A stretch of DNA of 64,000 bases, from NCBI GenBank assembly GCA_041499375.1, contig JBGQKD010000002.1, forward strand, positions 9,880-73,879, read 5' to 3'. Origin of the DNA: Gemmatimonadota bacterium. GTDB lineage: Bacteria; Gemmatimonadota; Gemmatimonadetes; Gemmatimonadales; GWC2-71-9. The notes under the pieces were generated by a model that saw nothing but the letters and a program-made list of their open reading frames with translations, was not told the DNA's origin and ran no database searches. A program made the position numbers and the translations under genes. Of the stretch, positions 55,134-63,664 are shown piece after piece. Position 1 is the stretch's first letter; each line of letters starts with the position of its first letter.

Positions 55134-58100
55134 TTAGAAGGCGTATCTCACGCCGAGCTGAATCCGCCACCGCGACGGGGCGTCTTCCAGGAGGCCGCGC
55201 GTTGGCAGCTCGAGCGTGTAGACGCCGCGGCCGTTTGCCGAATCCCACCCCACCAGCTTGAGTAGAGGGACCGAGGGCGCGGTCGTCACGTCACGGTATT
55301 GGCCCCACCGCGGCTCGATCAAGTTCGCAACGTTGGCGATGTCGGCCACGATCTCGAAATGCTGCCCCCCCACGAGCGGTACGGTCGTGGTGAGACGGGC
55401 ATTCATCGCGCCGAGCCATCCGTTGCGGCAGCTGTTGCGGCGCATGATCCGCCCCCGTTGCGGGCCGAGGCAGGATTGCTGGTCGATGAACGTCTCCAAT
55501 CGCGCATGCTCGGCAGGCGTGGCGGGCGAGCCGTCCGCCATCCTCAGCGTGATGTCGCTGCTATCGCGCGGCACGTACACGATGTCGTTGAAGAGCGAGC
55601 CAGGTCCGCCGATGCGATCAGCATTTGCATCGCCATCGATGACGTAGGTAAAAGGTGGCTGCGACGCGCCCTGATAGAGGAGCGAAAGCTGCATCCGGTT
55701 GGCGAGCTGCAGCGTCGCTCCCACTGACAGTTTGTGCGGCGTCTCGAAGAAGGACGGAGCGAGCGGGCGATCCTCGCCTGTTCCCGCTAGTGGCGTATTG
55801 CTGAAGTTTGCGCGTGCCGGGAGGTTGATGAGCGACATGCGGTCATAGGCCCGCGAAAACGCGTATGCTGCATAGAGAGAAACCTTCTCCCCGAATTGCT
55901 TGTGCCCTTGCAGGGCCAACGAGAGGCTGTGGTCGCCACTCCGGTTGGACACGCGGAAGACTTCGCGGAAGTACGGGTCCCGCCAACTCGGCGTCGCCGC
56001 ACCCTTGGCGTTTACCGTCCCATACATCGGGCGACCTCCCTCGCCCAATGCGGGGGAGATCGGCGCCCCGAGATTCGCCTCGGTGACGTAGAGCTGGTTG
56101 ATCGCGCGCGAGTAGAGGAAATCGATCGTCACGACGACGCCCGATGGCAGGCGTCGGTCCATCCCCACGGCCAGTTTCAAGTTTTGCGGCAGCTTCAGAC
56201 CCGGGTCGAAGAAACTGATCCGCGGTGTCGCGACGCGCCCACTGGGACACGTCGTCGGCTGGCTCTGCGTGTTGAACGGTATGGGGAACCGCGGCGTATC
56301 GGAGTCATCGCAGGTTATCACTGTTTCTTGTCCGCCGTCGCGATAACCGTTCCCCAGCCAACGGTAGGGCGGGGGGCCGCTGAACAGTCCGATCCCACCG
56401 CGCAGGAAAGCAGTGCCATCGCCACGCAGATCGTAGTTGAGCCCGAGGCGCGGCGACCATAGCAGGTTGCCGCTCGGCAGCTGCCCGGTGTTTACACGCA
56501 GCCTGCTAAGCATGGAGTCGTTACTGAAGGCGGCGTCCGGCAGGAACGGGATATCGGCGCGCAACCCAACAGTCATCGTGAGACGCGGTAACGGGAGCCA
56601 GTGGTCCTGCGCGTAGACGCCGAGACCGGCCGCGTGGAAGGTTGCTCCCGGTGACGGACCGGGGAGGCCGCGGTCGTAGTGGGACGCCGTCCCTGTGCTC
56701 AGCGCGCCGAGGTCGGCAAAAAACCACCTGCCTGCGGACACCTGAACCAACGGATCGCGGAAATGCAGCAACTCACCGTGCACGCCCACGGTCACGAGAT
56801 GTGCCCCGCGGCTGATGGTCATGTTCTCCGTAACTTCGAAAGCATGCTGCTGCACTGCGGTGGTGGGACAGACTGAATTGGATCCCGCGATCAGAAAGCC
56901 CCCGTCGGCGGCGACCTGGATGAACGGGAAGGCGCCGTTCGGCCGGCAGGTGTCGAGCAACCGTTGATAGCTCACGATGACTTCGTTCTGGACCAGGCCG
57001 CTCAGTGGCGCGGTCCAGATCAAGCGCGAGGTGTTCACGGTCGAGCGGCTTCGACCGGCGACCGATGAGAGGCTGGTCGTGTCGAAGGTGCGCCCCGCAT
57101 CGACAAAATCCCGGCGGTCGCCATGTGCATACCGGTGGGAGATCTCCAGGTGGCCGCTGGCACCGAGCTGGACGGTGATCTTGCCGAAGATGTCCTGCGC
57201 CGGCAGATGGCCCTCTGATGGTCCGACCGTACCCGGCTGCAGCCCAAACGTGTCTGCGAGAATTCGTTGGAAGCGAGCCGCGCTGGACTCGCTGACAGCC
57301 GTCCGTCCAGCCTGTGACGGCAGCGGGCCGGGATCGGGGACGATGCGCTGCTGCAGATCTGCGTTCACGAAGAAGTGCACGCGGTCGCGCAGGATCGGCC
57401 CGGACAGCGTCCCTCCGAATTGCGTGCTCGTGAATGCTGTCCCACCGTCGGGCCCGCGCGCCGTCAGCCGGCCGTCCTGCAAGAACGTGAAGCCCGAGCC
57501 ATGCAGCGTATTGGTCCCGGATTTTGTCACCGCGTTGAGGAGCCCGCCGGCGAAGTTGCCGAGCCGAACATCGAACGGCGCGCTGAGCACCTGGAATTCG
57601 CTTACCGTTTCTAGCGAGAGCGCGTGTGAGAGCACTTCGGGGAAGGATCCGCTCGGGTAAGCGCCACCGGGCGTGCGTCCGAAATAGGGATCGGCGTTCA
57701 GTCCACCGTCTACCTCCAGACTATTGAACCCCTGGTTTTGGCCGCCGACGGAAATCCCGCCGAGCGGCCGCAAGACTGCCAGAGGACCGAGCGCGGCCGC
57801 GACATTCAAGTCGCGCGATAAGTTCGGAAGAGCCGCCAACTCGCTGTCCCCGATGACATACGCCGGACCCGTGCGCCCGGAGTTCAGCCGCGGATCCACG
57901 CTCGCGCTGATCGTCAGGGCGGCGAGCTCGACGGCCATTGGTGCGAGCGTGAAGTCGACGTGGTGGCGCTGGCCGAGTGCCAGGAAGACAGCGTTCTGAC
58001 TGGTGGGTCGGAAACCCACCGCTCGCGCCTCGATGACGTACGGCCCGCCCACGCGAACGTTCTCCAGGAAGAATCGTCCCGCGGCGTCTGTCACGACCTG

Positions 58101-58232
58101 CCAGCGCGCGCCGCTGGCCGGCAGAATCGCCGTCACGACGGCGCCCGGGATGGGCAAGCTGTCGGTCTGGAGAACGCGTCCCTGCAATGCGGCGGACGTG
58201 ATTCCCTGCGCGCAGAGCAGCAGTGCGATCAT
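55134..58232 (-). CDS. TonB-dependent receptor, Oar-type (N-terminal carboxypeptidase-regulatory-like domain)
   Basis: 1032 aa. The N-terminus reads LQGRVLQTDSLPIPGAVVTA...TDAAGRFFLENV. Plug and barrel regions follow, and the terminal strand reads RIQLGVRYAF. ATGA overlap with the upstream regulator stop. Confidence 0.9.
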   Translation of the reverse strand: MIALLLCAQGITSAALQGRVLQTDSLPIPGAVVTAILPASGARWQVVTDAAGRFFLENVRVGGPYVIEARAVGFRPTSQNAVFLALGQRHHVDFTLAPMAVELAALTISASVDPRLNSGRTGPAYVIGDSELAALPNLSRDLNVAAALGPLAVLRPLGGISVGGQNQGFNSLEVDGGLNADPYFGRTPGGAYPSGSFPEVLSHALSLETVSEFQVLSAPFDVRLGNFAGGLLNAVTKSGTNTLHGSGFTFLQDGRLTARGPDGGTAFTSTQFGGTLSGPILRDRVHFFVNADLQQRIVPDPGPLPSQAGRTAVSESSAARFQRILADTFGLQPGTVGPSEGHLPAQDIFGKITVQLGASGHLEISHRYAHGDRRDFVDAGRTFDTTSLSSVAGRSRSTVNTSRLIWTAPLSGLVQNEVIVSYQRLLDTCRPNGAFPFIQVAADGGFLIAGSNSVCPTTAVQQHAFEVTENMTISRGAHLVTVGVHGELLHFRDPLVQVSAGRWFFADLGALSTGTASHYDRGLPGPSPGATFHAAGLGVYAQDHWLPLPRLTMTVGLRADIPFLPDAAFSNDSMLSRLRVNTGQLPSGNLLWSPRLGLNYDLRGDGTAFLRGGIGLFSGPPPYRWLGNGYRDGGQETVITCDDSDTPRFPIPFNTQSQPTTCPSGRVATPRISFFDPGLKLPQNLKLAVGMDRRLPSGVVVTIDFLYSRAINQLYVTEANLGAPISPALGEGGRPMYGTVNAKGAATPSWRDPYFREVFRVSNRSGDHSLSLALQGHKQFGEKVSLYAAYAFSRAYDRMSLINLPARANFSNTPLAGTGEDRPLAPSFFETPHKLSVGATLQLANRMQLSLLYQGASQPPFTYVIDGDANADRIGGPGSLFNDIVYVPRDSSDITLRMADGSPATPAEHARLETFIDQQSCLGPQRGRIMRRNSCRNGWLGAMNARLTTTVPLVGGQHFEIVADIANVANLIEPRWGQYRDVTTAPSVPLLKLVGWDSANGRGVYTLELPTRGLLEDAPSRWRIQLGVRYAF

Positions 58233-60754
58233 CCCTTGGGCCGCAACAATATTTCGAATCGCGGGTCGCCGCGCAGCGTGGCGAAACTCGGCTCGACGTG
58301 GGCGTCGAGGAAGCGAACCTGGTACACGTAGCCCGCGTCCAGCGCATGCGCCAGCAGATCCACGGCCGCGTCGCGCTCACCTAACCGGGCTGCTATGCAA
58401 GCGCGCCAGTAGCTGGCCTCGCCACGCCCGAAGGGCCGCTCGAGCGCTATCAGCACGTCGCTGAGTCGAACGGCCTCCGCGCGGTCGCCGCGCTGCGCCG
58501 CCAGCGTGCCGAGCAAACCTGTGTAGCGCGCGTCGCGCGGGTGATGGCGCGCCAGCTCCGCGGCGATGACACGGGCGGAGTCCGCATGGCCGGCCGCATA
58601 GTGTGTCAGGGCCAGCTCGAACCGGTTGTCGTCAGTCGCGCGTTCCCCTGCGGGTTGGCTCTCCAACCAGGCGAGTGTGCGAGCGAGCGCCGTGTCGGCG
58701 TCGGCGCTGTCGCCATGCGCAGCGAGGTCGAGCGCGGTCTCACGCATCACCGGCGCCGGCTGCCGGATCGGGTCCGGCGGCAACGTCTTGATCTCGTTCA
58801 GGCGCTCGATCACCTCGCGCCCGCGCCCCAGCGCTGACAGCGCCAGCAGCTCCATGCGCAGCGTGGCGAGGTTTCTCGGAAAGCGTTGACGGGCAAAGTG
58901 GGCGGCTCGCAGCTCACGATCGTGCTCGCCGAGCACGTGATAGGCGTTGGTCAGCCAATTGTAGTAGCCGGCTCGGCCGCTGAGGACGCCGCTGTCGGGA
59001 TGCAATCGCTCGAGAATCTTCACCGCTTCCCGCGGACGATTGAAGTCGAGTGCGTCGCGTGCGAGTTGCTCCCACATCAGCTCAGACCGGGGAAGCGCGT
59101 CAGTCAGTCTTCGTCCGAGTGCGTAGGCGCCCGCAAGATCGCCGCTGCAGCGGGCCATTACCCGGTCGATCTGCAACCGCTCGAGCGGCGTGAGATTCAT
59201 CTGGGCCAGGCGCTTGGCGAGAACCGCAGTCGAATCGCACTGATCGAGCGCGGTCCCGCCGTGCGCCCACGCCGCCCAGATGAGCGGTTGCGCATACGTC
59301 GAGTCGAGCGCGGCGGCGCGCTGGAAATACGGCAACGCGTCGCGGGCCCTGCGTCCGCCGTAGAAGATCTCGACTCCGGCGCTGAAGGCGAGATAGGCGT
59401 CATAGCGGGGCGGTTGGCCGGCGGCGGACGCCAAGGCGCTGAGCCGCGGATCGACGGCCTCGGCGAGCACCGCCATGATGTGCTCCCGGAGGACCGCGAT
59501 CGCTGGGCGTGGCTCACCAGGATCCCCAAACACCGGCTCGAGTGGATGCAGCGCGCTGCCGCTGCGCAGGTCCGTGATCTTCGCATTGAGCTCGATTTGG
59601 GCCGCGTGCTGGTACACGGAGCCGGACACCACCCACGCCGATCCGCTGGCGCGGGCCAGCGCTGCCGCATCGGAGCCGCCTACCACTTGGCCGGGTCGAT
59701 TGGCCCCCAATACCATCGGGCCAGGATCGGCGAGCTCGAGGACCTCCGTCGATGCGATACCGCGCGTGATCCAGTCGGCCGCAAGGTTGCCGAGGGGATC
59801 GAGGGTGCTATCACCGGTGCGATTGGTGAACGGCACGACCAGGACGCGCTTCGGGTTGAGCGACGGCGTGGAGTGCAGGGTCACCCCCAAGACCACGCCT
59901 GCGATTCCCAGCAGGGCAACCGCGAGGCCGAACCGTGGGCGGCGAGAACGACCCGTGACGGCCGGGGTGAGCCTTGCCGGATGCTCCGCGCTTGGCGGCC
60001 GAGCCGTTGAGCGCTCACGGATGGCGTCCGCCATTGCCCGCGTCTCGGGCGCGGGATCGGTCTCGAGCTCCGCGATCAGGCGCCTGGCGAAGTCTTCGTA
60101 GACCTCGAGTGCGGCGGCGCGATTCCCCAACCGATCGAGCGTGCGCATCAGGCGCCGCTGGGCCTTTTCATCCAGTGGGGCGATCCGTACTGCACGGCGC
60201 GCCCACTGCGCCGATTCTTCCAGGTTTCCGAGAGCTTCGCTGTGCTCGGCCAAAGTGCTGGCGGCGCTCAGGGCGACGTTCTTCAAACGCGCGCGCTCGT
60301 CCTCCAGCCAGCGCTCGAACTCGGGTGCGCCGCGGATGAAAAAACCCTCGAGCAGATCGCCACGATAGATATCCAGCGCTTCGGCCAGCCGGTCCGCATC
60401 GACCGCGCGCTGAAACGCCACCACATCAGAATGCAGTCGCGCTGCATCGAGTCCGATCTCGTCATCGCCGCGATCCGCGAACTCGTCCTCGCCGACTGCC
60501 CGCCGCAAGCCATGCAACGCCTGTCGCAGTGCCGCGCGGGCGTGCACTTGATCGAGATCGGGCCAGAACAGTGCAACGAGGGAATCGCGACGGTGAAAGC
60601 GTGGGGTGACCGCGAGGTAGGCGAGGAGCGCGACGCGCTTGGGCTGCGCGAGCACTGCTCGCAGGTCGTGCCCGTCCGTTCCGAGGAGGCTCAGCGCCCC
60701 CAGCATCCGAAACTCGACCACGGAAACCTCTGGCGCCGCTTCCAGCACACCCAT
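58229..60754 (-). CDS. Membrane-anchored SARP/BTAD-type transcriptional regulator (wHTH + BTAD + TM + periplasmic module + TPR)
   Basis: The wHTH region reads FRMLGALSLLG...KRVALLAYLAV...RDSLVALFWPD...ALRQALHGLRR. The BTAD region reads ALDIYRGDLLEGF...FERWLEDER. TM segment FGLAVALLGIAGVVLGVTL. The periplasmic module reads VLVVPFTNRTGD...WVVSGSVYQHAAQIELNAKITDLRSG, followed by TPR. Confidence 0.85.
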   Translation of the reverse strand: MGVLEAAPEVSVVEFRMLGALSLLGTDGHDLRAVLAQPKRVALLAYLAVTPRFHRRDSLVALFWPDLDQVHARAALRQALHGLRRAVGEDEFADRGDDEIGLDAARLHSDVVAFQRAVDADRLAEALDIYRGDLLEGFFIRGAPEFERWLEDERARLKNVALSAASTLAEHSEALGNLEESAQWARRAVRIAPLDEKAQRRLMRTLDRLGNRAAALEVYEDFARRLIAELETDPAPETRAMADAIRERSTARPPSAEHPARLTPAVTGRSRRPRFGLAVALLGIAGVVLGVTLHSTPSLNPKRVLVVPFTNRTGDSTLDPLGNLAADWITRGIASTEVLELADPGPMVLGANRPGQVVGGSDAAALARASGSAWVVSGSVYQHAAQIELNAKITDLRSGSALHPLEPVFGDPGEPRPAIAVLREHIMAVLAEAVDPRLSALASAAGQPPRYDAYLAFSAGVEIFYGGRRARDALPYFQRAAALDSTYAQPLIWAAWAHGGTALDQCDSTAVLAKRLAQMNLTPLERLQIDRVMARCSGDLAGAYALGRRLTDALPRSELMWEQLARDALDFNRPREAVKILERLHPDSGVLSGRAGYYNWLTNAYHVLGEHDRELRAAHFARQRFPRNLATLRMELLALSALGRGREVIERLNEIKTLPPDPIRQPAPVMRETALDLAAHGDSADADTALARTLAWLESQPAGERATDDNRFELALTHYAAGHADSARVIAAELARHHPRDARYTGLLGTLAAQRGDRAEAVRLSDVLIALERPFGRGEASYWRACIAARLGERDAAVDLLAHALDAGYVYQVRFLDAHVEPSFATLRGDPRFEILLRPKG

Positions 60755-60922
60755 GGTGCAAGGCTAGGCGCAGAGCGTCATCGCTCCGTTATAGCCGGTG
60801 TAACGCACAGCGAACCCGGCGCTCCTACTGTTGCGCGTCACCCGCGAAAGTACCGTGGCGCGGTGGCTCCGCAATGGCGCCACCACTTCGCCACGCGAAA
60901 CGCGGCAACAGGAAGGTGGATT

Positions 60923-62020
60923 ATGGCACGCCTCACGCGCTTCACCATCGTTCTCGCCGCGATGGTTCTCACGCTCGCCGGCTGCCGCGATGTCGCGCGG
61001 CAGGTGGCGCCTGACCCGACGATGTCTCGCTCGATTGATCCGATGATGTCGCGCATGTCGGAAGAGTCATCGGCGCCCTTGGTATTCCGCACCGTGGCCC
61101 CACAGGCGACCGACCCCGCCATCGACCGCGCGCTCGCCGACCATTACGTCTGGCTCGATACGACCGCGCGCGGCAACCCGAAGCTGCTCGTGTTCATGCC
61201 TGGCGCCAATAACGTGCCGGCCAGTTGGCAGCTGTTCGAGCAGGAGGCCGCGCGTCTGGGCTACCACGTGATCGGCCTCAGTTATCAAAACGATGTGGAG
61301 GTCGTGAATAGTTGCGGAGGGAGCTTCAATCCCGCCGGACATAGTCTCGACCCGGACTGTTCCGGCGATATCCGTCTGGAGGTTCTCACGGGCCACGACA
61401 ACTCGAGCATCGTGAACGTGACGCCGGCGAACAGCGTCGACAATCGGCTGGCGAAGCTCCTCGGATACCTAGCTGACCAGTACCCGGCAGAGGGATGGTC
61501 ACGGTTCTTGGACAACGACGGCACGCCCAAGTGGTCACAGATCGCGGTGAGCGGTCAGTCGCAGGGCGCGGGCCAGGCCGCGCTGATCGGGAAGCTCCGC
61601 CACGTTGATCGCGTCGTGATGTTCTCGGGGCCGCCCGAGCAACGCGTGCCCGAGCAAGTCGACCCGTGGATCTCCATCGGCGAGACGCCGGCGGCGAAGT
61701 ACTTCGCGCTGTTCCACGACCAGGATCATCTCGTCGTGGGAATCCGCCTCAATCTCCCTGCGCTCGACATGGAGCGGTTTGGCGCTCCTGTGCAGGCGGA
61801 GGTCAACGAGCCACCCTATGGCGGGACGCACATCCTCTTCACGGACCTGAGGCCGACGCTCGGATATGACCGCCCCAACCCGCACCAGAGCACGGCTCGG
61901 GACAACAACACGCCCCTCGATGCGAACGGCACGCCACTGCTGCGCGACGCGTGGCGCTACCTGCTCGGCGAGGAGCCACATGGAGGAAGTGGAAAGGCGG
62001 TTACGCTTAGGACACCGTAA
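60923..62020 (+). CDS. Hypothetical lipoprotein, probable alpha/beta-hydrolase fold
   Basis: ATG 60923 lies behind the SD GGAAGGTGG. Lipobox LTLAGC. GxSxG-type elbow (VSGQSQGAG). The track start at 60242 lies inside the antisense regulator gene. Confidence 0.55.
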   Translation: MARLTRFTIVLAAMVLTLAGCRDVARQVAPDPTMSRSIDPMMSRMSEESSAPLVFRTVAPQATDPAIDRALADHYVWLDTTARGNPKLLVFMPGANNVPASWQLFEQEAARLGYHVIGLSYQNDVEVVNSCGGSFNPAGHSLDPDCSGDIRLEVLTGHDNSSIVNVTPANSVDNRLAKLLGYLADQYPAEGWSRFLDNDGTPKWSQIAVSGQSQGAGQAALIGKLRHVDRVVMFSGPPEQRVPEQVDPWISIGETPAAKYFALFHDQDHLVVGIRLNLPALDMERFGAPVQAEVNEPPYGGTHILFTDLRPTLGYDRPNPHQSTARDNNTPLDANGTPLLRDAWRYLLGEEPHGGSGKAVTLRTP

Positions 62021-62210
62021 CTGATCCTAACTTTTTTGCGCCGCCGCGCCCGCGTCTTGGGCGCGGCCAGGCGCCGGATCTCCCATCAGCCCCCAACACC
62101 CTGAGCAATTGGGCGGCAGCGGTCCGTCGTACCCTGTCGTGCGTGATTCCTCGGTTGCAATCGGGAACATCCAGGGCTATATCCGGCCTCACCCCCCGGA
62201 GGGACCCGCC

Positions 62211-62999
62211 TTGGACGCCTGGGTGGTCGAGTTGCAGCGCGGCAAGAGCGACGCTGCGTGGGACTTGTTTCTCGATCGGTATCGCCGCCTCATTTTCGCG
62301 GCCATCCGGCACTACGCCCAGGACTATGACGACGTAATGGATGTATTCGCGCGGGTCTGTGAGTCCCTGCGCGAGGCGAATCTGAAGCGGTTGCGCAACT
62401 ACATCGAGCAGCCCGCTCCCTCTCATAGCGCACGATTCTCGACCTGGCTGGTGACGGTCGTTCGTAATCTCACGATCGACTGGTTTCGCCATCGCGATGG
62501 CCGTCGTCGACTCTCCACGGCAGCCGCCCAATTGCCGCCACTGCGGCGGCGCATTTTCGAGCACGTCTTCCTTCATAAGCGAAGTCACGTCGAGACGTAC
62601 GAGCTGATGAGAAGCGGGGATTGCGTCGATCTCTCGTTCGGGCAGTTCCTCGCCGAGGTCAGCGCTACGTATCGCGCCGTTGCTGACGGCCGGCGCGGGC
62701 GAATCCTCCGCGAGCTGGGAGGGGCGGCGCCGCCCGTGGAAGACGTCGAGGACGACCGTGCGAGCGCGAGCGAGCGCCGCGACGAGCTGGAGGACGCGCT
62801 GAGCTGTCTCAGCTCCGAGGAACGCGTGGCCGTCGAGTTGTACGTCGTTGAAGAGATGCCGGCGGATGCGGTAGCGAAGGTGCTCGGTTGGCAAAACGCG
62901 AAGGCGGTCTACAACCACGTCTATCGCGCGCTCGCGGCGATGCGCACTCGGCTGAGCACTCTCGACGGCCCTGGCCGTTACATGTCGGGCAAGATATGA
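62211..62999 (+). CDS. ECF-type sigma-70 family factor with long region 2-region 4 linker
   Basis: Region 2 reads FLDRYRRLIFAAIRHY...FSTWLVTVVRNLTIDWFR. Region 4 reads LSSEERVAVELYVVEEMPADAVAKVLGWQNAKAVYNHVYRAL. TTG 62211 follows GGAGGG with 7-nt spacing. The longest ORF starts at TTG 62109. Confidence 0.8.
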   Translation: MDAWVVELQRGKSDAAWDLFLDRYRRLIFAAIRHYAQDYDDVMDVFARVCESLREANLKRLRNYIEQPAPSHSARFSTWLVTVVRNLTIDWFRHRDGRRRLSTAAAQLPPLRRRIFEHVFLHKRSHVETYELMRSGDCVDLSFGQFLAEVSATYRAVADGRRGRILRELGGAAPPVEDVEDDRASASERRDELEDALSCLSSEERVAVELYVVEEMPADAVAKVLGWQNAKAVYNHVYRALAAMRTRLSTLDGPGRYMSGKI

Positions 63000-63664
63000 C
63001 CGATTTCGACCGTCTCGATCGCCTGCGCGGTTACTTCCACACGGGCGAGACGCCACTAGCGACGCCGGACTGCCTGGATGAACACACGGTGGCGGCACTG
63101 GCCGACGGCGCCATCGATGCCGAAGCGCGAGGTGGTGCATTGGCGCACCTGGCAACGTGTGCGAATTGTCGCCGCGCGGTCGCATCGGTTGCCGCAGCGC
63201 TCGTCGATGGGCCAATCACACATGAAATCGAGGTCGTCGAGGGACGCCGGCGCCGGGTTGGGTCGCTGCTCCGGATTGCGGCGCCGTTGGCGGCTGCGGC
63301 GACCGTCCTCCTTTTTCTCTGGTCCCCAGCGGATGACCGGCCACCCGGACACCGCGGACCGCCGCCGCCACCACCGGCAACGGCACCCACTCCGCGATCG
63401 CCGGTTGGAGCCGTGGCCAACGTGCACGATCTACGCTGGAGTCACGTCGCCGGAGCAGACCGATATCGCGTGACCGTCTTCGACGCGACCGGTGGCGTGG
63501 TCTTCGTATCGGAGGCATCGGACACCGTCGTCGCATTTCCCCATTCCATCGCGCTCGTTCCCGGCGCGTCGTATCTGTGGAAGGTCGATGCGCGCACCGG
63601 ATTCGATCGGTGGGCCGCGTCGCCGTTGATCGAATTCTCGATTGCGGGCCCCCTGCGGCGATGA
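62996..63664 (+). CDS. Anti-sigma factor (zf-HC2) with TM segment and extracytoplasmic beta-sandwich-like domain
   Basis: ATGA overlap with the sigma stop. HxxxCxxC motif (HLATCANC), TM segment IAAPLAAAATVLLFLW, a Pro-rich linker, and LRWSHVAGADRYRVTVFD...YLWKVDA. Confidence 0.75.
   Translation: MTDFDRLDRLRGYFHTGETPLATPDCLDEHTVAALADGAIDAEARGGALAHLATCANCRRAVASVAAALVDGPITHEIEVVEGRRRRVGSLLRIAAPLAAAATVLLFLWSPADDRPPGHRGPPPPPPATAPTPRSPVGAVANVHDLRWSHVAGADRYRVTVFDATGGVVFVSEASDTVVAFPHSIALVPGASYLWKVDARTGFDRWAASPLIEFSIAGPLRR

Noticed and set aside
60755-60922. Structured 168-nt region (competing GTGGCGC/GCGCCAC and GGTGGC/GCCACC stems, CGCGAAA repeats) as a riboswitch
   Set aside because: It does not match any riboswitch consensus I can recall. 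It is probably a shared divergent promoter and 5' UTR. It is mentioned under the regulator-receptor finding instead.
62043-62067. 9-bp GC hairpin (GCCGCGCCC...GGGCGCGGC) after the hydrolase lipoprotein gene as a terminator
   Set aside because: The T-run (cttttttg, 62031-62038) precedes rather than follows the stem, so it does not fit an intrinsic terminator for the plus-strand transcript. It is left uncalled.
62007-63215. 402-aa minus-strand ORF antisense to the ECF sigma/anti-sigma genes, and 63216-63974 antisense to the last genes
   Set aside because: They have no motifs and are Arg/Pro-rich. The plus-strand frames carry sigma region 2/4 and zf-HC2 motifs and are joined by ATGA overlaps.
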